From the NCBI GenBank assembly GCA_947478525.1, contig CANJVU010000007.1:33920-97919 (forward strand): DNA of 64,000 nt, given 5' to 3'. Positions within the stretch are counted from its first letter, which is position 1. Every line of letters starts with the position of its first letter. Origin of the DNA: Thiotrichales bacterium. GTDB taxonomy: Bacteria > Pseudomonadota > Gammaproteobacteria > Francisellales > CACEW01. A program made the translations under genes and the position numbers. Under the pieces are notes generated by a model. That model was not told the DNA's origin. It did not search any database and saw nothing but the letters and a program-made list of their open reading frames with translations. This document shows, piece by piece, positions 8,951 through 18,710 of the stretch.

Positions 8951-9952
8951 TTATGCCGTAGTGTCATCGTCTGGTGCCGCATCTTGCATTAACACCAACG
9001 CCTCATGAATCAACCCAATCGACGCATTCGGCAAATGCGCATGGGTGCTCAAATGCCGCCGCCAGTGTTTGGCGCCGGGGCAGCTTTTGAATAGGTTGAG
9101 CATATGCCGCACGATGTGTTTGAGTGCAGCACCGTTCGCCATTTCGCGTTCGATATAGGGCAGCATGCGTTCAATGATTTGTTCACGGCTCTGGATGGGC
9201 ATATCGCCCCCAAAAATCGCCTGATCGGCCCCTGCCAACAAATACGAATCATGATACGCCGCACGGCCGATCATCACGGCATCGAGGTGTTGCAGATGGT
9301 GCTGCGTTTGTTCCAGCGTTTCAATACCGCCATTGATGCCAATATTCAGCGTAGGGAAGGCTTGTTTCAGCTGATAGGCGCGTTCATATTGCAGTGGCGG
9401 GACATCACGGTTCTCTTTCGGGCTTAAGCCTTTGAGCCAGCCTTTGCGGGCGTGAATGCAAACATGATCAACACCGGCTTGTTGTAATAAGGCGACAAAG
9501 GCGTGCAGCGCTTCGTCGCTGTCATTATCATCCACCCCTAGTCGAGTTTTCACGGTGACGGGAATCTTGACCGCGGTTTTCATGGCATGGACACAGTTTG
9601 CCACGAGTTGTGGATGGTTCATTAAACACAAACCAAACGCACCAGATTGCACGCGATCGCTGGGGCAGCCGACGTTGAGGTTGACTTCATCATAGCCATA
9701 ATCTTCAGCCATTTTGGCGCAAGTCGCTAAGTCGGTGGGGTCGCTGCCGCCCAATTGAATCGCGATGGGATGTTCAGCTGCATCAAATTGTAGAAAGCGA
9801 TTGCGATCGCCGTAAAGTAATGCACCGGTGGTGATCATTTCGGTGTACAGCAAGGTGTGTTGGCTGATCTGGCGCAAAAAATAACGACAATGCCGATCGG
9901 TCCAATCCATCATGGGGGCAACGGACAAACGGCGATCAATCGGTGCGTTCAA
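8951..9952 (-). CDS. dusA: tRNA-dihydrouridine(20/20a) synthase DusA
   Basis: RLSVAPMMDWTDRHCRYFLR...LYTEMITTGA...AIQLGGSDP...VNLNVGCPSDRVQSGAFGLCLM is collinear with E. coli DusA. The inferred start is TTG at 9952 (first in-frame ATG at 9913 would truncate the conserved SVAPM). Confidence 0.93.
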   Translation of the reverse strand: MNAPIDRRLSVAPMMDWTDRHCRYFLRQISQHTLLYTEMITTGALLYGDRNRFLQFDAAEHPIAIQLGGSDPTDLATCAKMAEDYGYDEVNLNVGCPSDRVQSGAFGLCLMNHPQLVANCVHAMKTAVKIPVTVKTRLGVDDNDSDEALHAFVALLQQAGVDHVCIHARKGWLKGLSPKENRDVPPLQYERAYQLKQAFPTLNIGINGGIETLEQTQHHLQHLDAVMIGRAAYHDSYLLAGADQAIFGGDMPIQSREQIIERMLPYIEREMANGAALKHIVRHMLNLFKSCPGAKHWRRHLSTHAHLPNASIGLIHEALVLMQDAAPDDDTTA

Positions 9953-9978
9953 AGAAGTTACTCGTGCGACTTAAAAAA

Positions 9979-10054
9979 TGGAGCGGGAAAAGAGACTCGA
10001 ACTCTCGACCCCAACCTTGGCAAGGTTGTGCTCTACCAACTGAGCTATTCCCGC
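9979..10054 (-). tRNA. tRNA-Gly (anticodon GCC), CCA encoded
   Basis: The reverse complement GCGGGAATAGCTCAGTTGGTAGAGCACAACCTTGCCAAGGTTGGGGTCGAGAGTTCGAGTCTCTTTTCCCGCTCCA folds as a cloverleaf with anticodon loop TTGCCAA. Near-identical to E. coli tRNA-Gly(GCC). Confidence 0.95.
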
Positions 10055-10096
10055 GTCTAAACTTGAACTGATGTGTTGGATGCATAAAGCGATGCA

Positions 10097-10124
10097 ATTT
10101 TAATGGATACCGCAATAATGTCAA
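10097..10124 (-). promoter_or_regulatory. Sigma70-type promoter for tRNA-Gly (TTGACA-16 nt-TAAAAT)
   Basis: The minus strand reads cTTGACAttattgcggtatccatTAAAATtgcatcgc, about 40 nt upstream of the tRNA 5' end. Confidence 0.45.
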
Positions 10125-10134
10125 GCTCGATTTA

Positions 10135-10485
10135 CTATTTTTTTATACCCACCTGTTTGGCCCATTGATTCCGCTTGTAAGCCCGGAGTGCAATGTAAAC
10201 CAAAGTAACGATCATGATCGCTGCGGTGAGTGACACTAGGGCGTAATAAACGATGTTTAGGGTATGAGAAGGGTGTTTGTATAGGTAGCTGCCAAACGCG
10301 CCATTTACAAACGCCAGAATAATCCAAATCAGTAGGAAGCCAGCGTAGCGTCGATAGTCATATAGCTTGCCTGCCTGCCAGTTCTGTACATCTTCTGGTT
10401 TAGTATTAGGGTAGTGTTCTGGGTTGATGCGTAGCGTCAAGATCCAGAACACGATGAGGACGATGCCGTAGATTGCAATAATCAT
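10135..10485 (-). CDS. Small integral membrane protein, hypothetical
   Basis: 116 aa with three hydrophobic segments. Its start codon shares one nucleotide (10485) with the stop codon of the upstream dsbG-like gene. Confidence 0.5.
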   Translation of the reverse strand: MIIAIYGIVLIVFWILTLRINPEHYPNTKPEDVQNWQAGKLYDYRRYAGFLLIWIILAFVNGAFGSYLYKHPSHTLNIVYYALVSLTAAIMIVTLVYIALRAYKRNQWAKQVGIKK

Positions 10486-11315
10486 CAGAATTGATTACTG
10501 ACGCTGTTGATAAACGTATCCAACGGCGCGCCTGGTTGTGGCATACCGGCTTGAATCTGCATGTTGCCGGCGCTGTCTTTGTAGAAGAACGTTGGCGTTT
10601 GCATGATTTTGTTGCTGGTGGCAAATTGCATGTTGGTGTCTAATTTCGTGGTTGCAATCGGCGCTTGTGCATCTAGCGGGACAATACCACCCTCTTCGGT
10701 TTGTTCGTTAAAGCTGTTTTCATTACTCAATAACGCTTGTAATGGGTCGTTAGCGTTGAGAATGGCCAGTGCTTTGGCTTTGCTGTCTGGTTTGATAATA
10801 CCAACAACAATCCAGCGTACCGCCAATTGACCGCTTTGAATCTTAGGTTCCAATGCTACAAAGCCTTGGTGGCAGAAGATGCAGTTGGGGTCAATTACCG
10901 CGTACAGTTTGTGTGGCGCAGAATCTTGGCCTTGTTGAATCCAGGAAGTTTGTGCAATGGTTTGATAGGCAGTTGATGCCGCTTTAGGTTGCACGTATTG
11001 ATAATAATTTTTTTGTGCCAAGTTTTGACCAGTGATATCCATTAGGTTGCCATCGATTAAATATTGGCCTTGGCCGTCAGTATATAGCAATCCACGTTTG
11101 TCAGAGGCAGGGTTTGTGGTAATGACAAAACCTTGGATAGAAGGGTTAACAACAAAGTGTTTTAATACGGTGACTTTGCCTTGCGATACTTTGTTGATAA
11201 GCGCTTCAGCTTGGGTCGCATTGGGTTGATTTTGTTGGCGCATAATGCCAAAAGTGACCAATGCTGCAACGATCGCGCAAAGTACAGCGATCCAGATGGT
11301 GTGAATGATTTTCAT
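10485..11315 (-). CDS. DsbC/DsbG-family periplasmic thiol:disulfide interchange protein
   Basis: Signal/anchor N-terminus and a thioredoxin-fold CxxC (DPNCIFCHQ) in the C-terminal half. Size (276 aa) and layout fit DsbG/DsbC. Confidence 0.75.
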   Translation of the reverse strand: MKIIHTIWIAVLCAIVAALVTFGIMRQQNQPNATQAEALINKVSQGKVTVLKHFVVNPSIQGFVITTNPASDKRGLLYTDGQGQYLIDGNLMDITGQNLAQKNYYQYVQPKAASTAYQTIAQTSWIQQGQDSAPHKLYAVIDPNCIFCHQGFVALEPKIQSGQLAVRWIVVGIIKPDSKAKALAILNANDPLQALLSNENSFNEQTEEGGIVPLDAQAPIATTKLDTNMQFATSNKIMQTPTFFYKDSAGNMQIQAGMPQPGAPLDTFINSVSNQF

Positions 11316-11352
11316 AATGCTACTCCTTTAGAAGTTCGATAAAGCCAATCTT

Positions 11353-11380
11353 ACAAAAAAGCCCGCAAGGTGCGGGCTTT
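11353..11380 (-). terminator. Rho-independent terminator downstream of the mip-like gene
   Basis: GCCCGCA-agg-TGCGGGC stem-loop (11361-11377), followed on the minus strand by TTTTTTGT. Confidence 0.7.
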
Positions 11381-11398
11381 AATATTTAGTCCACTACC

Positions 11399-12130
11399 TT
11401 ATTTAGTAGAGGTTGCTGCAGCAGTGCTGGTGGCTGCAGGTACAATGCTGATCAGTTGTACTTTGAAGGTCAATGCTTGGTTTGGACCAATTTCTGGGGG
11501 AGCAAATTTACCATATGCTAACGCAGGGGAAATGTACAACATCCAGGTTGAGCCCACTGGCATGGTTTCTAAGGCTTTGGTCCAGCCTGGGATCACTTGG
11601 CTTACACCAAAAGTGACTGGTTTTCCGCGTTTGAATGAGCTGTCAAATACGGTACCGTTGATCAACGTACCTTCGTAGTTCACTTGTACTTGGTCGTTAG
11701 CAGTAGGTACTGCACCTTTGCCTGCGGTCAATACTTTGTAGTACAAACCGTCGGTGATTTTTACTACGCCTTCTTGCGCCGCAATTTTTGTCAAATAAGC
11801 ATTGGAGGCGGTTAAGTTATCGGTCGCTGCTTGATCTTGTTTGGCTTGCATTTGTTGCATCATTTGTTTTTGGAAATTTTGCAAAGCCGCTTGCATATCA
11901 GCAGGAGCGATTGCTGGCGTGGTGCCATTTAATGCCGCTTCCATACCGGCTTCCAATTGCATAGGAACAACTGCGATGCCTTGTTTTTTGAAGTCAGCGC
12001 CAACGTTATAACCCATGGAATAGCTTACTTTATCCATCTGAGTGGATGGCGCTGGAGTGCCTGCAAAGCTTACACTTGCAATCGCCATGCCAACAGCCAG
12101 AGTGATACCGGTCAAAAGAGTATGTTTCAT
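11399..12130 (-). CDS. mip: Mip/FkpA-type FKBP peptidyl-prolyl cis-trans isomerase (periplasmic/surface)
   Basis: Signal peptide plus an N-terminal dimerisation region (DKVSYSMGYNVGADFKKQGI). C-terminal FKBP domain VNYEGTLINGTVFDSS...GKPVTFGVSQVIPGWTKALETMPVGSTW..YISPALAYG is collinear with Legionella Mip. Confidence 0.85.
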   Translation of the reverse strand: MKHTLLTGITLAVGMAIASVSFAGTPAPSTQMDKVSYSMGYNVGADFKKQGIAVVPMQLEAGMEAALNGTTPAIAPADMQAALQNFQKQMMQQMQAKQDQAATDNLTASNAYLTKIAAQEGVVKITDGLYYKVLTAGKGAVPTANDQVQVNYEGTLINGTVFDSSFKRGKPVTFGVSQVIPGWTKALETMPVGSTWMLYISPALAYGKFAPPEIGPNQALTFKVQLISIVPAATSTAAATSTK

Positions 12131-12220
12131 CAGTATTTCCTTTTTTGGTTGATTAATCTAAACAGCTGTAGGAATATAGATTCTTCTTTGCTTAATGTCA
12201 ACATAGGAGCTTATTTTTTT

Positions 12221-12991
12221 ATGCGAGTGATGTCATTCAATGCTAACGGCATTCGCGCGGCGGCCCGCAAAGGATTTTTCGAATGGTTTTTGCAACAGAA
12301 CGTTGATGTGTTGTGTGTACAGGAAACCAAAGCCCAAGAACATCAGCTGAATGAGCCCGCATTTGTGATGGCGGGTTATCATCGGTTTTTCTTTGATGCT
12401 GAAAAACCGGGCTACAGCGGTGTAGCTATTTATTGTCGCCAGCAACCAACTAAGGTAAGTACCGGTTTAGGTTGGGCCTGTTCTGATACCGAAGGGCGTT
12501 ATATTCAAGCTGATTTTGGCAACTTAAGCATTGCCTCACTTTACTTGCCATCGGGTTCCAGTGGTGAGCATCGTCAGGCATTTAAATTTGAATTTATGGA
12601 ACGTTACGCACCGATCTTGCGGAAACAAATTGCCGATGGTCGTGATTATATTATTTGTGGTGATTGGAATATTGTACACAAAGAGGTCGATATTAAGAAC
12701 TTTAAAAGCAACCAGCAAACTTCAGGTTGTTTACCCGAAGAGCGTGCCTGGCTCGATAAGCTATTCATTGATATTGGCTGGATTGATGCGTTTCGGTTGC
12801 TCAATCACCAAGCCGAACAATACACTTGGTGGTCACAGCGCGGCCAGGCGCGTGCCAAAAATGTTGGGTGGCGGATTGATTATCAGATGATTTCGTCAGG
12901 GTTGAAAGATCGCGTTAAGTCAGTACAAATTTTCAAAGACCCCGTTTTCTCAGATCATGCGCCGCTATTGGTTGAATATGGGTTGTTTTGA
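12221..12991 (+). CDS. xthA: Exodeoxyribonuclease III
   Basis: MRVMSFNANGIRAA...VLCVQETK...SDHAPLLVEY are the hallmark EEP nuclease motifs. AGGAG lies 11 nt upstream of ATG 12221. The ORF-track start at 11957 is an extension antisense to mip. Confidence 0.9.
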   Translation: MRVMSFNANGIRAAARKGFFEWFLQQNVDVLCVQETKAQEHQLNEPAFVMAGYHRFFFDAEKPGYSGVAIYCRQQPTKVSTGLGWACSDTEGRYIQADFGNLSIASLYLPSGSSGEHRQAFKFEFMERYAPILRKQIADGRDYIICGDWNIVHKEVDIKNFKSNQQTSGCLPEERAWLDKLFIDIGWIDAFRLLNHQAEQYTWWSQRGQARAKNVGWRIDYQMISSGLKDRVKSVQIFKDPVFSDHAPLLVEYGLF

Positions 12992-13126
12992 GTGGGTAAC
13001 TGTAGGAATAATAAATTTTTAATATATTGATTTAATTAAATATTTTTATATTTTAAGGCGCGCTTAGTGGTTTTTTAGCAGATAAATTGCTACACTGATC
13101 AAAGAATTCAAACAACGAGCTTTAAT

Positions 13127-14308
13127 ATGCAACAGGTTCATGTTCCCGTGGTGATTATCGGTGCAGGCATTGCGGGTTTATGGGTGTTGAATCGCTTACG
13201 TCAAAAAGGCGTGCAGGCGATTTTGCTGGAGCGTACTGGTATTGGCGGTACCCAGACCATGGCCTCGCAGGGGATTATCCACGGTGGTGCTAAGTACGTG
13301 TTGAGTGGTAAATTAACCCAAGCAGCCGATAGCGTGGCGCAAATGACCGAAGTATGGGCGCAGTGTTTGCAGGGCAATGGTGAGATTGATCTACGTGCCG
13401 TCAGGGCCTTATCGGAGCATCATTATTTATGGTCGCTGAGTCGCTTGACCGGCGGCATTAAAAGTTTTATTTCGGCCAAAGTATTAAACAGTAATACCAA
13501 CGTGTTGAAAGCGGAGCAATATCCACCGTTGCTACGTGCGCCTGGATTTACGGGTAGCATCTGTGAGTTACAGGAAACGGTATTGGATGTCCCCAGTTTG
13601 GTGCGCACCTTGGCTATGCCACATCTGAATTATATCTGGCAAGCCGATGCCAGCAGCGAATATCATTATGATACAAATGGTGCGTTGCTATCGATTACGC
13701 TGCGTGCGGGTGATCAAGCCTGCGCGTTAACTGCAGATCATTATGTGTTGACGGCAGGGGAGGGAAATGAAAGTATTCTATCTGCCACCGGCAAAGCGGT
13801 GCCAAAAATGCAACGCCGACCTTTGCAAATGGTGTGGCTCAAGTTTCCCGATCATCGTGCGGATGGTTCATTATTTTTGCACTGTATTACTTCGGGGATG
13901 GTACCGCGGCTGACCATTACCACACATACCGATATTGCTGGAAAAACGGTGTGGTATTTGGGCGGGGGGTTGGCGGAATCTGGCACACAGCGCAGTGCGC
14001 AGCAGCAAATTCAATTTGCCAAGCAAGAATTGGCCGCGTTATTACCCTGGGTAAATCTCGCCGATGTTGAATGGGGTACGTTGATGATTGACCGTGCTGA
14101 GCAGGATAATGGTGGTAAACGACCTGCATACCCTGGCGTAAAAAGGCTTCACACTATGTTGATCTGTTGGCCGACCAAGTTAACGCTGGCGCCCGCCATG
14201 GCCAAAGAGGTATTAAATCACTTACAAGGCGTGTCAAATTTGGTACAACGCCCATTACCAGTATGGCCAACACCGGTTTTTGCTAAACCAGTATGGGAGC
14301 AGCGATGA
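13127..14308 (+). CDS. FAD-dependent oxidoreductase (GlpD/DAO-like family)
   Basis: N-terminal dinucleotide fold VVIIGAGIAGLWVLNRL, followed by SQGIIHGGAKY typical of the glycerol-3-phosphate dehydrogenase-like FAD family. Confidence 0.7.
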   Translation: MQQVHVPVVIIGAGIAGLWVLNRLRQKGVQAILLERTGIGGTQTMASQGIIHGGAKYVLSGKLTQAADSVAQMTEVWAQCLQGNGEIDLRAVRALSEHHYLWSLSRLTGGIKSFISAKVLNSNTNVLKAEQYPPLLRAPGFTGSICELQETVLDVPSLVRTLAMPHLNYIWQADASSEYHYDTNGALLSITLRAGDQACALTADHYVLTAGEGNESILSATGKAVPKMQRRPLQMVWLKFPDHRADGSLFLHCITSGMVPRLTITTHTDIAGKTVWYLGGGLAESGTQRSAQQQIQFAKQELAALLPWVNLADVEWGTLMIDRAEQDNGGKRPAYPGVKRLHTMLICWPTKLTLAPAMAKEVLNHLQGVSNLVQRPLPVWPTPVFAKPVWEQR

Positions 14309-15102
14309 TACCTAAAAAATTATTGGGACAAACCAATCTGAATGTTTCGGTAATGGGCATTGGTACCGTTAAGTTTGGGCGTACCGAGGGGATGAAATAC
14401 CTCACTCGCTATGAATTGCCCAGCGATCAGACCATCCAGGACTTATTGGCGTATGCTAAAGTTCACGGCGTCAATTTAATCGATACTGCACCTGCTTATG
14501 GCAGCAGTGAGACTCGCTTGGGTAAGGCCTTGAAAGGCCAGCGGCAAGACTGGGTGATTGTGTCAAAAGCGGGTGAAGAATTTGTCAATGGTAAGTCAAT
14601 TTATGATTTTTCCGCAAAGCATTTTGAATACAGTATCCAGCGCAGTTTGCGGGAATTACAGACCGATTATATCGATGTCTTGTTGGTGCATTCCGATGGT
14701 AATGATATGCATCATATTCAACACGATAAGGTGTTTGAAACGCTGGCGAAGTTCAAAAAACAAGGGTTGATTCGAGCCTATGGGATGTCGACCAAAACCC
14801 TAAAGGGCGGCATGAATGCGGTGCTGAATGCGGATGTGGTGATGGTGACTTATAACCCGGCCATGACCGAAGAAAAAACAGTGATTGATTTCGCTTATCA
14901 ACAAAACAAAGGTGTGTTGGTGAAAAAAGCTTTTGCCAGCGGCCATCTTAATCGAATGGAAGTGGCTAATCCGATAGAGGCGGCAGTGAGTTTTGTGTTG
15001 GGGCACCCTGGAGTGTCAAGTCTTATTACCGGAACCATTGATCCCAAGCACTTGGCGGAAAATATTCACGCGGTGGAAAATTTCTGTGGCATAGTTGCTT
15101 AA
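14305..15102 (+). CDS. Aldo/keto reductase family oxidoreductase
   Basis: GIGTVKFGR...NLIDTAPAYGSSE..LGKAL...DVLLVHSDG are typical AKR motifs. ATGA overlap with the upstream oxidoreductase. Confidence 0.85.
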   Translation: MIPKKLLGQTNLNVSVMGIGTVKFGRTEGMKYLTRYELPSDQTIQDLLAYAKVHGVNLIDTAPAYGSSETRLGKALKGQRQDWVIVSKAGEEFVNGKSIYDFSAKHFEYSIQRSLRELQTDYIDVLLVHSDGNDMHHIQHDKVFETLAKFKKQGLIRAYGMSTKTLKGGMNAVLNADVVMVTYNPAMTEEKTVIDFAYQQNKGVLVKKAFASGHLNRMEVANPIEAAVSFVLGHPGVSSLITGTIDPKHLAENIHAVENFCGIVA

Positions 15103-15118
15103 AAACGCTGAATTTATA

Positions 15119-15148
15119 TTGACATAAAGTTAAAGTATCTTGTATAAT
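15119..15148 (+). promoter_or_regulatory. Consensus sigma70 promoter (TTGACA-18 nt-TATAAT)
   Basis: TTGACA at 15119-15124 and TATAAT at 15143-15148, both perfect hexamers. They sit 40 nt upstream of ATG 15188, which follows GAGGGGG. This argues against the ORF-track start at 15140. Confidence 0.5.
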
Positions 15149-15187
15149 TCTCCCGATTTTTTTATATTTAAAATGAGGGGGAATAAC

Positions 15188-16672
<1,485 letters not shown>

Positions 16673-16688
16673 GTGGTTCCTGGGAAAG

Positions 16689-16913
16689 TTATTTTTTCAA
16701 AATCACAAAAATAATTTCTCCCTTTTTTTGTTCGGTACTCAAGACCGCATGACCATTGATGCGGCACCAGGTGGGAATGTCTTGCAGCGTGCCAGGGTCG
16801 GTGCAGGTGACGGTGAGTTGGTCGCCGATGGGTAATTTGTTTAAGGTGTTTTGCACGCGAATCACTGGCATCGGGCACAGCAGGCGTTTGGCGTCTAAGA
16901 TATGCTCACTCAT
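16689..16913 (-). CDS. TusA/SirA-family sulfur carrier protein
   Basis: About 75 aa with the family-defining LDAKRLLCPMPVIRV (CPxP) motif. ATG 16913 overlaps the stop of the upstream PP-loop gene (ATGA). Confidence 0.8.
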   Translation of the reverse strand: MSEHILDAKRLLCPMPVIRVQNTLNKLPIGDQLTVTCTDPGTLQDIPTWCRINGHAVLSTEQKKGEIIFVILKK

Positions 16914-17953
16914 ACGTGCCAACTTTCAAGGATTTCTTCCGCTTTAAAAGGGGTGACGGGCAATAGATAAGCGATACCATCAGGTTGTATCAGTTGAATG
17001 TTCGCTTTGTCGGCATCTCTGCCTTGGGTGTAGCGTGCCAGGATGCGGGCGGCCAGTTCTCGGTCTTCCGGATTTAATTTTCCATCGACCAATGCGAGCG
17101 GACCAGGATGTGAAACGCAGGACAAATGGGTAAATTGTGATTTATAGCCAGACATAAAGTTATTTTCGCCTTCCTCCCGGCCGATGATCAATTTAAAATG
17201 TGGCCGTGGACGAATATGGCGGCCGAGTTTGAGCAGCATGATGTCGTCGAGTTCGTATTTTCTTTCACCCCGGGCATCCCATAAGTCCTGTAATTTTTTG
17301 GAATATTCGGGGTTGGTGAGAAAGCAGCAGCCACCCGCGGGTTGAGCGTATTCGTCAATGCCATATTCTTTGGCCAGTGCCATTTGTGGTTTTCGACTGC
17401 GGCCGCTGAATTTGAAGAGTTTTTCACGGTCAATCCAGCCTTCGCGTTCGGGTAGCGTAGGGGGCAAAAATTGCCCGCACAAGGGGCGCACGATCAGATC
17501 AAGCGCGCCGGATTCTTTGGCGACGATAGGCATTTTGTTGGCGCTTTGTGACATCGGTCGTTGGCCAATCACTTCGCCGGTGATGATAAAGTCAAAGCCG
17601 TTTTGTTCCATCCACTGTTTGGCATGGCGCACCATAAAAATTTTGCAATCGAGGCAAGGGTTTAGGTTGCTGCCATAGCCGTGCTTAGGGTTGATTACAG
17701 TGTCTTTGTATTCTTCGACAATGTCGATGATGTGTAATTTAATGCCTAATTGTTCCGCTACCCATAAGGCATTGTTCCGTTTCGGTTTCGCGCGTTCCTG
17801 TTTGCGAATGGCGTGGGTATGGCCTTCAACACAAAACCCAGTGTAGAAGTTAATGCCTTCGACGTGGATGCCTTGTTCCATAATGGCTTTGGTGGCCAGC
17901 ATCGAATCCAGCCCGCCAGAAATCAAGGAAACTGCTTTGCGTTGTTGTGTCAT
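16910..17953 (-). CDS. PP-loop ATP pyrophosphatase, ThiI/MnmA-like predicted tRNA sulfurtransferase lacking THUMP and rhodanese domains
   Basis: N-terminal PP-loop AVSLISGGLDS and a ThiI-like core ITGEVIGQRPMSQS..RPLCG. Cys clusters NPCLDCK and GGCCFLT. 347 aa. Confidence 0.65.
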   Translation of the reverse strand: MTQQRKAVSLISGGLDSMLATKAIMEQGIHVEGINFYTGFCVEGHTHAIRKQERAKPKRNNALWVAEQLGIKLHIIDIVEEYKDTVINPKHGYGSNLNPCLDCKIFMVRHAKQWMEQNGFDFIITGEVIGQRPMSQSANKMPIVAKESGALDLIVRPLCGQFLPPTLPEREGWIDREKLFKFSGRSRKPQMALAKEYGIDEYAQPAGGCCFLTNPEYSKKLQDLWDARGERKYELDDIMLLKLGRHIRPRPHFKLIIGREEGENNFMSGYKSQFTHLSCVSHPGPLALVDGKLNPEDRELAARILARYTQGRDADKANIQLIQPDGIAYLLPVTPFKAEEILESWHV

Positions 17954-18073
17954 AACCTGCTGCTGATGATCTATAAAGTGAAAGGAATTATATCAAAAAA
18001 GGTGCCATAAGGACAGTTTGACAAAGTACAGGGCATCCTCTACTCTGAAAGCCATAATTTTTGGAGCAGCCCA

Positions 18074-18709
18074 ATGTCCAGTCCTTATCGTTATATTTTC
18101 TATACTTTACCCTTGGTGGTGATAGCGGTAGGGGTTTCCATGTTGTGGGTTGATCGTCCGCTGGCGATTTGGATGTCGAGTATTTATCATCCCCTTGAGT
18201 ATGGTGCCTTTAATCATCACATTGCCAGTTTGTTGACACAACTGACTTATTGTTTGATGCTGGTTTGTTTTTTATGGTATTTTCTGTTGCGATTGAATCA
18301 CCGCAAAGGCCATTTTGCTCAGGCATTGTGGTTGTTCAATGAGTCAATCGCGTTTGTGTATTTTATTAAAATGACCCTGCAGTTTGCTTTTGGACGCTAT
18401 ATTCCGAGGTATCCAGAAAAATCAACGTTGCTGTTTGTGCATAATCCCCATTTGTATGGATTTCATTGGTTTCACCTGGGAAGTTTCCCGTCGGGGCACA
18501 TGGCATTGTTGGTTGCGGGGCTAACGGCAATTTGCTTGTATTATCGGCAATTTTTAATTCCCAGTATGGTCTTAACGCTAATGTTGGTCATGGCGTTGTT
18601 ACTGTTGAATTATCACTTTCTGAGTGATGTTATTGCGGGAGCATATGTGGGGTTTACCGTCACCATGGCTTTGTACTATCTAACGACATTGGAAAAGCAG
18701 GGGGAGTAA
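18074..18709 (+). CDS. PAP2-family membrane phosphatase
   Basis: Multi-TM protein with PAP2 motifs KMTLQFAFGRYIPRYP (Kx6RP-like), SFPSGH and LSDVIAG. Confidence 0.7.
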   Translation: MSSPYRYIFYTLPLVVIAVGVSMLWVDRPLAIWMSSIYHPLEYGAFNHHIASLLTQLTYCLMLVCFLWYFLLRLNHRKGHFAQALWLFNESIAFVYFIKMTLQFAFGRYIPRYPEKSTLLFVHNPHLYGFHWFHLGSFPSGHMALLVAGLTAICLYYRQFLIPSMVLTLMLVMALLLLNYHFLSDVIAGAYVGFTVTMALYYLTTLEKQGE

Positions 18710-18710
18710 C

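Noticed and set aside
8951-10054. Genomic island integrated at dusA or tRNA-Gly
   Set aside because: No integrase, excisionase or duplicated dusA 5' / tRNA 3' segment was found nearby. dusA looks intact and full length.
11957-12220. 88-codon N-terminal extension of xthA
   Set aside because: It runs antisense through the 5' end of the mip-like gene. The conserved XthA N-terminus (M..SFNANGIRA) starts at 12221, behind an AGGAG.
15140-15187. ORF-track start (TTG 15140) for the repeat protein
   Set aside because: It would place the start codon inside the TTGACA/TATAAT promoter region. ATG 15188, with the GAGGGGG RBS, is more plausible.
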